A stretch of DNA of 64,000 nt, taken from Octopus vulgaris (lineage: Eukaryota). A program made the translations under genes and the position numbers. The stretch is taken from contig OX597818.1 of assembly GCA_951406725.2 (NCBI GenBank), positions 10,912,001-10,976,000 of the forward strand, given 5' to 3'. The notes beneath the pieces were generated by a model. It worked only from the letters and a program-made list of their open reading frames with translations. It was not told where the DNA came from and made no database searches. Positions 1-10,721 of this stretch are shown here, one piece after another (the first letter of the stretch is position 1; each line of letters begins with the position of its first letter).

Positions 1-549
1 TTTTTTGTTTCCTGTTTTACATCCTGTAGAACCGGGTTGAAGCTGTGTGCCTGAGGCACTATAGGCAAGATGTCACTTGACTGACAATACTCTCAGTATG
101 ATGTTTGACAAAAAATGCTCACCTAATGACTTGATTCTCCTGTTTATTCCTTCCTCTCACTTTTTGTCTGCCCTCTCCCCCACCTCTCTCTATTTCTCAC
201 TTTGTCTTGATCCTATTTTGTCTCTTTCGTTTTCTCAAATGTTCAACCAAGACAATGTGCATACAGAATGTTATGGAACTCGTGTCCCATCCAAATCTCA
301 AGTCATGAAATTATATTACGAATTACAAATATATTTGCTCTTTGGCTAGGATAGTTTTATTTCTTTGTTTTCTTACTTAGTTCATTATCTGATCATATTT
401 TTATGACATTTATTTAAAAAGAAAAAAAAACCCTAAAAAGCATGTTTCTTCATGATAATAAAAACACCATTCTTTTTTCTTCTTATAGGTATCAGTCAGA
501 TTTTGAAGTAACTATCCTGGAGACCCCCCCTTGCAACCAATGAGGAAAA

Positions 550-616
550 ATGCGTACCAGCACATGGCTTTTATGTGGGAGTATTATGATTGGCTTATTC
601 GTCCAGATTAGCTCAG
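550..616 (+). CDS. First coding exon of an unidentified secreted or membrane protein (signal peptide MRTSTWLLCGSIMIGLFVQISS, phase-1 donor); exon spans 489-616
   Basis: Polypyrimidine tract + TAG acceptor ending 488, AAAATG start at 550, 22 codons with basic N-terminus, hydrophobic core and small residues at the end, strong donor CAG|GTAAGC at 616/617. No downstream exon confidently found. Confidence 0.7.
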
Positions 617-719
617 GTAAGCTTCTGTATTTTCCCTTCAGTCACCCTCAGTAACTTTTGACTGAGATATAAAATAATGCAACTTCTATTACTTTGTTCA
701 GATTAACTCAGTTAAAATA

Positions 720-2062
720 CAGGGTGTCACAAAACATTTGACATCATTTGAATATCTGAGTAACTACATGTCCTAAGCAAATGAAATTAAATAGGCTTCA
801 TGTTGAACAATAAGGGATTTATTTATCAAGATTCAAACAAACGATTCAGAGGGATGTAGGTTTTATAACTGATTTCCCAAAACTTCACAAATGTTCAGTA
901 TGTGCACTGCCTATGACATGACACACATCAAGTAGCAGTCTAACTCCTGCCAAATGTGCTGTAGCATGGCTTGTGTAACATTTTCCAGTGATTCAGTGAT
1001 TCTCTTCTCAAGTTCCTTGAGACTTGTAGGAAGAGGTGGGATATATAGACCAGTCCTTTCACATAGTTCCATACAAGAAAATCATAAGGTGTCAAGTCAG
1101 ATGAATGTGGTTGTCATTTCAACAGCACATTGTCATTATCACTGGCACACCTGATCCATCTCCTTGGTAGATTCTCATTGAGATAAGCCTGCACAGTCAG
1201 CTTTCAGTGAGGTGGAACCCCATCCTGTTGAAAAATGAATTTGCCATGCTCATTTGCAATGAAATAATCAAATAACCATTTCTTAAGCATTTGTAAATAA
1301 ACATTGCCAGTCATGTTTCCCTCAAAGAAAAATAGTCCATAAAGACAATTCTTGGAGATTGCACAGAACACATTTACTTTTGGTGAGTCCCTCATGTGCT
1401 CAACTGTGGCATGGGGTATATTCTTCTCCACAAATGTAAACATTATGCTTATTAACTTTGCCATTCATCTGAAATGTGGCCTCTTCACTGAAAACGAGAC
1501 ACTTTACAGACTTTACACCTTCAATTTTCTCTTGTTTAGCAACACAGAATTGCTTGCACTTTTCCCTGTTATCTGTGTTTAAGGCTTGAATGTGCTGCAA
1601 CTTATAGGGTGTTTTTCACAAACATTTCCTTACTACATGCCAAAGTGTTGTACAAGGAACTTGGATTTCCATAGATGCTCTTCTTACAGACTTTCTGGGG
1701 CTTCGCACAGATGTTTCCCAAACCTGATTGATGATATCTTCCAGTACTGGTGGTCACCCAGATCCCTTTGCCCTGCATAGACAGCCTTCTTCTTTGATTT
1801 TTTTGTGCCATGTCCAAATCTGTTTTCCAGTTGGTGCATCTTTATTGAATTTTCTTGAAAATACATGTTGCACACTCTTGTTTGACTGTGATTGAGCATA
1901 TTCTAACACACATAATACCTTTTCATTTCTACTGAACTTCATTCTTCACCCTGAAAAAAAAACTTAGCTTTTACACATTTTGTTAAAATTTGAAATCATT
2001 TGAGCGAGAATTAGCTATGTTATTAGGGTGTGAAATGATGTCAATATTTTGGGGACATCCTG
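720..2062 (-). mobile_element. Tc1/mariner superfamily DNA transposon, rosa/Visitor (DD41D)-like, full length but decayed
   Basis: ~30-bp TIRs CAGGGTGTCACAAAACATTTGACATCATTT (720) and AAATGATGTCAATATTTTGGGGACATCCTG (ends 2062), TA flanks at 718-719 and 2063-2064, ~1.34 kb. Confidence 0.9.
885..1942 (-). pseudogene. Frameshifted transposase with DUF4817-type N-terminal HTH
   Basis: Fragments MKFSRNEKVLCVLEYAQSQS..., FSEEATFQMNGKVNKHN, RDSPKVNVFCAIS, FQQDGVPPH, SDLTPYDFLVWNYVK; several stops and frameshifts. Confidence 0.9.
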
Positions 2063-2345
2063 TATAAACATTTTTTCAGTAAGAACCAACCATATTGCCT
2101 ACTTTTTACAGAACCAGAAATCCTGCCATGGAAACCCTAAATCTTATTTTCAATCACTGTATTTGTAACTCACAACCATTATGTTGTAACTAACATTTTT
2201 TTTCTTAGCTACTCACAGACTCTGATACCTTCTCATTTGGCTCACATATTGTTCACATATCAGTAGTTATATCATAGTAGCCATATTTCTTTTTTAAAAG
2301 AGGAAATGCTTCTACCTTTCTTTACAAAGCTTAATTACACTAGAT

Positions 2346-2934
2346 TTAGGTGTCACTATGAATCTTTGAAAATATTTAAATCTGACTTTTGCTGCACTTT
2401 TTCTTGGAAAGCATCCAAGAAGAAACATTTTGATACCTCATTTGTGAAATTCAGATGAATATTTTAGGAAATATGACAATTTGAATGGTCAGCAAATTGG
2501 TTGAAACTTGCCTAATTAGGCCTAAATGAATAATTAGCCATAGTTGTAATGTCATATCTTTGAAACTGAGGTGATAACCATCTTCAAATTACACAAATTA
2601 ATAGTGTCCATGGAATAGCAGTTGCCTTCTTTTTTTGTTCAGATTCTTGAAAATGAAACTTTTTTTGGCAATTTTTAAAACATTTATGTAAAGCCTATTT
2701 TGTTGCATGTAACAAACAGTGGATTTCATGCTGCAAGTGTAAGCTTTTCAGATGTTTTCAAACCTAGCTAAATCCAAAAGTACAAACCAAGGACTTGAGT
2801 TTTGGCATGTTTGTTATAGATATAGAACTAAATTAATCCTAAGATTTTGGGACATGATACCAGTTCAATAAAATTTTAACAAACTATCAAAAATGGTTAT
2901 GAATGGCTGATTTTTGGATCAGGATGATACTTAA
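2346..2934. mobile_element. Possible old non-autonomous DNA transposon (TTAA-flanked, Kolobok-like)
   Basis: Weak terminal inverted similarity (TTAGGTGTCACTATGAATC vs GATCAGGATGATACTTAA); no ORF. Confidence 0.25.
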
Positions 2935-3259
2935 GTTGGCTTTTCTCTATTTTAACAGGGAACTTTCCAATTTAATTACCACAATCTAGGAAATGGTAGG
3001 GGGAAGCATTTTTATGAAAAGAAATGTTTTGAAAATTTATAAACACTGTGTTTATGGTTTTAGTTTGGATTATATATTTTTTTCTTTTTGTTGCTGTCTA
3101 CTTTGAAACAATGGAATAATACCCATGACCTTTGTAGGCCTTCCCCTCCCATTCTGGTAAGGTTAATGTGGCTAATACCCATCTTTAATTTCTAAAGCTT
3201 GAGATTGCTTTGCTAACTAAAAATAGTTGCTAATTTTATTTTTATATTGTACTCTATTA

Positions 3260-4118
3260 TGCAAGAGGTGGTATCGAAAGGTTCCCAGGCTTTTTATGAT
3301 CAATAAAAAAATAACTTATTTACCCAAGTTTTAACATCATCTCATTCAAAATACCTTGAGCAACAGTACATCAGTCCCAGTATTCCTGCCAGTTTTGGAA
3401 TCCAACCTGGGAGTCATTTTCTGTAAGCAAGTCAAGGACCTTCTGTGATTTGATCTGGATCTCAACAACAGTGTTAAAACTGTGACCTCTGAGCTGCATT
3501 TTCATCTTGGAGAAAAGATGGATGTCTGCAGGTGCTAAATCTGGTGTATAAGGCAGGTGTGGAAGTGATGCCATATTGTTATTGGCAAGAAACTTACAAA
3601 GGAAGAGAGCTTGGTGAAGAATCCAGTTCTTTGTGGTCCACAAATCTGGTTCCTTTCACCAAGTGTTCTCCTTCAGATGCTTCAAAACATCACAGTTGAA
3701 CTCTTGATTGATGGTCTGGCCCTGGAGTGGGGTGGTGAATTCATGATGTACAATGCCACATTTCTTGGGTATTGCAGAGATGTTCCTCTGCTTTTGAAGC
3801 ATCCATGCCACTCGAAATATTGTGTACAACCCATTACTTCATCACTGATTACCAAAGCATGTTCACTGTCTTTGTAGTAAACTTCCTAAGTTTTATGCAA
3901 AATTTCACCTTGGCCCTTTGTCCATGACAAAATTGCAGACTACAGCAAATGTGATCACAAAAACACAAATCTCACAACTTGTGAAGTAAACACCATGATG
4001 TCACTCAGCACACCGCCTCATGAAAGTCACTGCTAGCTCTCACTGTGCACACAACCATGTGCTGCCATCTGTTGGCATGCTGCAGATCTTGTCTAGGAAC
4101 CTGTTATACCACCTTGTA
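3260..4118 (-). mobile_element. Internally deleted mariner (DD34D) element
   Basis: ORF 3371-3643 contains PHLPYTPDLAPADIHLFSKMK (YSPDLAPxD motif); degenerate TIRs near 3260-3290 and 4091-4118. Confidence 0.8.
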
Positions 4119-4454
4119 GTCTCAAATATATAAAAGAAAAAAATATTGGATGGTCTTGGCCAGAACATTGTTGATTACAGATATGCTTCATTGGAGCTGA
4201 TTTTGTGAAGGATAGATGACTGCAAAAATTGCAGGAAGGGAATTCCAGTGTGAAGCATTTATCAAGGAGGAGGAATTTGTGTGCTTTAGGAAGTTGTAAT
4301 ACAGTAAAGGAGGAGATACAGTTATATCGGCACAATTTTAATATCTAAAGGTGAAGTATATCTTTGAAAATGTTTGTCAGATAAACTGTATGTATTACAT
4401 AAGAATAAATTGTACCTGGGACAGCCATAATTATTCCAAGGTTATGTAAAAGTA

Positions 4455-4710
4455 CCTGTGCTGGCAACATGTAGAAATGCCTGTGCCAGTGCTACATAAA
4501 AGTGCCCATGTCAGTGCCACATAAAAGCACCCACGCCAATACTACATTAAAAGCACCCAGTACTCTCTGTAAGATGATTGGCATTAGGAAGGGCATCCAG
4601 CTGTAGAAATTATGTTAAAACAGACAAATGGGGCCCAGACAGCTCTCCAGCTGGCCAGTTCCTGTTGAACTGTCCAACCCATGCCAGTATGAAAGATGGA
4701 CATTAAATGT
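4455..4710 (+). mobile_element. RTE LINE 3'-end fragment with four tandem ~25-bp sub-repeats
   Basis: AAAAGCACCC..TTGGCATTAGGAAGGGCATCCAGCTGTAGAAA..CCAACCCATGCCAG matches the 3' end of the LINE at 9410-9570. Confidence 0.75.
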
Positions 4711-5915
4711 TCTTCCTTTATTAAAGAAAGCAAATATTTGTTGTAGATTTACATGCAGTTTCTTACAAGTCAAGCAACTACAAAAAGAATTCCCTGTTGG
4801 CTGAAACTGTAACAATTCTTTTTCTCTCAACCAAGATGTAGTCAGTTTTTTTTTTACCTGGATAATGTTATCTATGACTACATAATCCAATGTGTTTTAT
4901 TTTTAGATAGTATGGTACAATTTGTAGAAAATTTACCTACCATTTCTAGCAGGTCAAGCAACCACATAGAGACCTTTTACCTCTACAACTACTCGCATTT
5001 ATCTAAATTAAATCTAAATACAATAATTATGTTAGCCTGCCTATTGCTAAATTTAAATATAGGCTGAGTAAATTATTCCTTCTCTCTTCATCCACCTCAG
5101 AATTACATCACCATATTAGGAGACAATTGCTAACTAACAAACAAAGACTACTTGAGGTTTTTAGCATGTATATGAATACGGTCTTCAGTTCATGATTACT
5201 GCTTAATACAATCCAGAGATTAATTCCACTGTGTATGAACAGTGACAGAAATTCCACCAATAATGCCAAAGCTTGTTATGAATTATCAATATTTAGCTTT
5301 TAATATTGCAAAACAAATCATTTTATTCTCTTTTGTCACTTAGCTTCATAATATCATGTCTGATCATTTTATTTGCCCCATGTAGAGCGTTTATCTCATT
5401 CGATAACCTATAAAAGCATCAACATTCAAAATACCATTAATATTTAATATATCATTAATATTTCAATTTTCTTTGACAATATCTTTTGATTGCTTTTTAC
5501 CCCACTCCCTCCCCTTAGAATTTCTTATGTTAATGAACTGATATAAAGTAAACAACACTTTTACTAACTCTTAACTAACCAACTAAACAGACTTTGGCTT
5601 TGAAGGGTTATTTTATTCAGTGCTGCTTATATCTCACTTTATTTAATCTTAGAACTATTTATTAACAAACCAAACATAAAAAGAAAAACAACACCTGTGC
5701 ATATATGTATATATACATACTGCCATCTGAGAATTTAATCAATTTGATATTGTGGATTTTTATCCATCTATATCAGCTACCCTGGTGCAGTGATAGTAAT
5801 GAATGAGAGAAAATCATTCTAATATTGAAGCCATTTCTACTTGGTAAAACAAGGAAGAAGACCCACCCAGTTGATGTCTCCAAAGGAAGCTTTGACAAGG
5901 CTCAGGTGGCTGGCT

Positions 5916-6043
5916 TTGAGGAATTGTTTATTCTCGACATCTTTAGAAAGCAACCTCTCCTTACATGTTTGGTCTGACCTTGAAGAATTGTTTATTCTTG
6001 ACACCTTTAGAAAGCAGCCTCTCCTTACATCTTAGGTCTGCAC
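5916..6043. repeat. Two-copy 64-bp tandem duplication
   Basis: TTGAGGAATTGTTTATTCTCGACATCTTTAGAAAGCAACCTCTCCTTACAT.. repeated at 5916 and 5980 with a few substitutions. Confidence 0.85.
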
Positions 6044-6149
6044 TGAATTGGTGGCTTGGCAATTTCACACAAAAAGGTTACAAGTGGATATATGTTTAGA
6101 AAGCATCTAATAGGCATATTCAAAGAGTTTGTTTTAACTACAGCTTTCC

Positions 6150-6651
6150 GTGCTAGCATAGCTGTTGTTAATTTCCTGAGCATTACATTAAACTTTTAAG
6201 ACAAGTGAACACTATATTTATGTATAAGCATTCCAGTTACTCTTTGTTATAACTAAGAGTCTAGTTGCAAACAACAGCTTTCTACTTTAATGAGACTCTA
6301 ACCATGAGTGACTTCAGAGGGAAGTTAATATATCTGGAGAATTCCTTATTCATTCCACACCTGAAAAAAATTAGGAAACAGAAAGTAATCTGGTTTAATC
6401 TATCCCTCAATTTAGATATCACTTCAAATACCATTAGGAACTTTGTATCTATTGAAAGGTACCACTTTGTGACCCCTCATAAATATTGTAAACACATATT
6501 AAGATTAGCTATTGTTGCCTAGATAACATTGCTTCCAGATTAAACACAACAACCAAAACCTGCATATACACTGCATCCACTCCTGCAAACAACCTACATT
6601 AGTTGAAATTAAGCCACTTCCTCACTAAAGGGATTTTGCCTTTTTAAGGCC
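6150..6651 (+). mobile_element. Penelope-like element remnant, 5' part (RT C-terminus and linker)
   Basis: Translations VVNFLSITLNF, YFNETLTMSDF, RKQKVIWFNLSLNLDITSN..HF...HK and LKGFCLFKAM resemble the PLE motifs VNFLDVTLNL, RxRxIIWFNPP..N..TN...HF...HK and CPLxGxCL. Confidence 0.7.
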
Positions 6652-8964
6652 ATGGACTTTAGGATCAGGACTAGGAGGACAACCAGAAGACGACAAATAT
6701 GGAGAAGAAGGATCTGGAAGCTTAAAGATCCTGCAAATGGACAGAGATTTAGGGACATATTACTTGAAGCCTCTGACGAAGTAGAAGGGGATAGAGCATC
6801 ACAGGGGGTAGAAGACAGCTGGACGTTTCTAAGGGACAACCTGCTGAGAGCCACTGACCAGATCTGTGGCTGGTGCAAAGTCCCCTCTCGACCTAGAATA
6901 ACGTGGTGGTGGAACAATATTGTAGACAGGGCTATTAGAGAAAAGAGACAGGCTTGGAAGGTCTGGAAAAATGGGGGTAGCAGGGGAATTGTATCAGACT
7001 GCCAAAAGAGAAGCTAGGAGACAGGTTTATTTAGCCAGAGGGGAAGCAGATAAGAAAAAATTTGCCAATGTTCTGCGCCGTGAGGACCAAAGACTGGAGG
7101 TGTTTCGTGTTGCAAGACAGTGTGTGAGAGAGAATCGTGATGTGGTAGGAGAGAAGTGTGTTCGCATGGAAGATGGTTCACTTGCGCTAAATGAGGATGC
7201 AAAGAGAGAGGTTTGGAGATGCCACTATGAAAGGTTGCTGAATGAAGAAAATGAATGGGATAAAGAGAGTCTGCCGAATGTTGACCCAACAGAGGGACCA
7301 GCTATCCGAGTTGATAGTTCCGTGGTAGCTAAGGCAATTAGAAGCATGAAGACAGGGAAAGCCCCAGGCCCATCAGGAAACACTGCAGAGATGCTCAAAA
7401 TGGCTGGTAGTGTCGGCTATAGCCTAGTCACCCGTATAGTTAATCAGGTGATACACAAAGGGGTCATACCCAATGACTGGTGTAGCAGTATAATAGTCAA
7501 CTGCTACAAAGGTAAAGGTGATGCCCTAGATACAAATAACTACAGAGGTATCAAGCTGTTGGACCAGGTGATGAAGGTTACGGAGAGGGTCATAGCCCAA
7601 CTAATTAGAGAGAGAGTTAGTTTAGATGAGATGCAGTTTGGGTTTGTGCCAGGGAAAAGTACTACTGATGCTATATTCCTGGTAAGGCAGCTGCAGGAGA
7701 AATACCTAGCCAAAGATAAGCCCCTGTACCTGGCTTTTGTTGACATGGAGAGAGCCTTCGACAGGGTCCCCCGATCCCTTATCTGGTGGGCAATGAGGAA
7801 ACTAGGGATAGATGAATGGTTAGTGAGAGCTGTGCGGGCCATGTACAGGGACGCCGCTAGTAGGGTGAGGGTTGGAAATGTGTACAGTGAAGAATTCCGG
7901 GTAGAGGTAGGAGTCCACCAAGGCTCAGTACTCAGCCCCCTCCTATTTATCATAGTCCTCCAGGCAATAACGGAGGAATTCAAGACAGGATGCCCTTGGG
8001 AGCTCCTCTATGCTGATGACCTTGCTCTAATTGCTGAGTCGCTATCAGAACTGGAGGAGAAGTTCAGGTGTGGAAACAAGGATTAGAATCGAAGGGCCTC
8101 AGAGTCAATCTAGCTAAAACCAAAGTCGTAATCAGTAGGAAGGTAGACAAATCACAAACACCTTCAGGTAGATGGCCCTGCTCGATCTGTAGAAAAGGTG
8201 TAGGTAGAAACTCTATAAGATGCACCAAGTGTAAGCTATGTACACATAAGAGATGCAGCAATGTCAAAGGAAGGCTAACTAGGAAGATGGTTTTTGTATG
8301 TGGCAGATGCTCAGGAACAATAAACACTGAAAATGCTCTGAGACCAACTTCCGTCACTTTCCAGGGAGAAAAACTAGAAATAGTTGATAGTTTCCGTTAC
8401 CTAGGTGACCAAGTCAGCAGCGGGGGCGGGTGTGCTGAAAGTGTAACTGCTAGAGTAAGAATAGCTTGGGCAAAGTTCAGAGAGCTCTTACCTCTGCTGG
8501 TGACAAAAGGCCTCTCGCACAGAGTGAAAGGCAGACTGTATGATGCGTGTGTACGAACAGCCATGCTACATGGCAGTGAAACATGGGCCGTGACTGCTGA
8601 GGATATGCGTAAGCTCGCTAGAAATGAAGCCAGTATGCTCCGATGGATGTGTAATGCCGGTAGTCACACTCGGCAGAGTGTAAGTACCTTGAGAGAAAAG
8701 CTGGACCTAAGAAGCATCAGTTGTGGTGTGCAAGAGAGACGTTTGCGCTGGTATGGTCATGTGGCGAGAATGGATGAAGATAGTTGTGTGAAAAAGTGCC
8801 ACACCCTAGCGGTTGAGGGAACCTGTGGAAGAGGCAGACCCAGGAAAACCTGGGACGAGGTGGTGAAGCACGACCTTCGAACTTTAGGTCTCACTGAGGA
8901 AATGACTAGAGACCGAGACCTCTGGAAGTGTGCTGTGCGCGAGAAGACCCGGCAGGACAAGTGA
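6652..8964 (+). pseudogene. RTE reverse transcriptase ORF (partial, two single-base frameshifts at ~6985 and ~8064)
   Basis: KAPGP, YKGKGD...NYRGIKLL, QFGF, AFVDMERAFD, GVHQGSVLSPLLF, LLYADDL, FRYLG, RRLRWYGHVARM, GRGRPRKTW motifs across ORFs 6652-7017, 6971-8086, 8068-8964. Confidence 0.95.
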
Positions 8965-9595
8965 GTCCATAACCCGTGGCCTTCTACATGGGATGGAGCC
9001 AGCCTACGTATGCATACCTTCCCTTCTTGGGACACAAAACTCTACTTGTGAAGACGTGATGAGGCAAGTGAGGATCAGAATCGAAATCGATCAATGGAAA
9101 TTGCGGATGTGCTACCAGTGCCGGTGGCATGTCAAAACTCTGCTTGTGAAGACCCGTTGAGGCAAGTGACGATCAGAATCGAAATCGATCAATGGAAATC
9201 GATCAATGGAAATCGATCAATGGAAATTGCAGATGTGTTACCAGTGCTGGTGGCATGTAAGAGAACTTTCCGTTTCGCGACCGTTGCCAGCACCGCCCCG
9301 TTTCGTGTCCGTTGCCAGCCTCGCCTGGCCCTCGTGCCGGTGGCACATAAAAAGCACCATCCGTTCGTGGCCGTTTGCCAGCTCTGTCTGGCACCAGTGC
9401 GGGTGGCACGTAAAAAGCACCCACTACACTCACGGAGTGGTTGGCGTTAGGAAGGGCATCCAGCCGTAGAAACACTGCCAGATTTGACTGGGCCTGATGA
9501 AGCCTTCTGGCTTCACAGACCCCAGTAGAACCGTCCAACCCATGCTAGCATGGAAAACGGACGCTAAACGATGATGATGATGATGATGATGATGG
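6652..9595 (+). mobile_element. RTE-clade LINE, 5'-truncated just after the endonuclease domain, with 3' UTR and (GAT)8 tail
   Basis: GC-richer block with RT ORF, structured 3' UTR, tail 9570-9593, ATGG at both junctions. Confidence 0.95.
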
Positions 9596-9950
9596 TATAG
9601 TGAACTACACCTGTTCTACTAGATAGTATTGTGAGATAATATATCAGGCTTAATGAGAGTAACTTCAAAAGACAGTATAAGCAACATCTGCTGTCCTTTA
9701 TGATCAGGGACAGGATAAACTTTATATCCTTGTTCTGGCTTATTTAGGAGTCAAGGCTGTGGCTGCCCCCACCGTTCCACTATAACCTGGTGTAATTATG
9801 TAACTCACCTCAGTGGATTACATTATAACTTGTTTCCCAATTCAAAAAATTGCATATCCTAGAGCAACCTGTGACATTCCTCAGTAGAAAATTCAAAATA
9901 ATCTATAATTGTTGTCACTGAGGTTCTTTTGTCTCGGGTCAGTTCTGACT
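9596..9950 (+). mobile_element. Penelope-like element remnant, 3' part (GIY-YIG endonuclease)
   Basis: YIRLNESNFKRQYKQHLLSF (YIG..E..FKxRY..H..SF), SLFWLI*E, KLHILEQPVTFLSRKFKIIYNCCH (EKLxI...LNxRxE....CRH). Confidence 0.7.
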
Positions 9951-10313
9951 GACTTGGAAAATAATAACATTGAAAAATCAAGAAGTTGACTCTTTTATCA
10001 ATGAAAGTTAATCTCAACTAAGTTTCTTACCCTACACCCTAATAGTGCCTCCACAATTTTATAATGCTTCACAGTAATGTTTGCAGTAATCTTGTCATAT
10101 TTTTCATCACATGACGCAGCACATCCAATGACAAGTTAGCTCACTAGGTACCTTTCAAGTAGAATGCGGTCAAGGCTTTGCTTCTCGTGGACATCTGATT
10201 TATTAGACATATGCTTTCTTCTTTATAAGACTTTGAGTAATAGCCGTGTAAACCGTTAACTGTTTATCTATAAATTTGTGTATGTGTAGGTTTGTGTGTG
10301 TGTGTGTGTCGGT

Positions 10314-10560
10314 CTGTGTGTCTGTATGAAAACATGTATAAATTGCTTAGGTTTATTTAGGCACATGAGGTACACAGGGGGGAAAAAAACATCATCAGAA
10401 TGATCTGGAACAACCAAGAAGTCAGAAGAATTTGTATGAATGTCAAATCTGCAACAAGTTCTGTAAGTCGTTGGTAGGATATGTTCTCTCATCTTGTAAT
10501 GTTGTGATATGCTTAATCATCCATGGCCATACTCATTTGATGGGTTGACAGCTATCACAT
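10314..10560 (+). pseudogene. Decayed tandem C2H2 zinc-finger fragment, probably the C-terminus of an old LINE ORF
   Basis: VCMKTCINCLGLFRHMR and YECQICNKFCKSLVG..(frameshift)SHL; no splice sites supporting an exon. Confidence 0.5.
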
Positions 10561-10680
10561 GTATGTGTGTGTGTGTACATATATGTAATACATGAGTGCA
10601 TATATATATATATATATATATATATGTTTGTAATACAAGTGCGTGTGTGTATGTATTTGCAATACATGTCTATGTATGTA

Positions 10681-10721
<41 letters not shown>

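Noticed and set aside
7014-9035. Antisense ORFs over the LINE (e.g. 7540-7983)
   Set aside because: Shadow frames of the RT coding sequence with no independent motifs.
9164-9195. Hammerhead-like GTGACGA..GAAA in the RTE 3' UTR
   Set aside because: Core C3 is replaced by G, stems I and II are unconvincing, and it is not retained in the 36427 copy.
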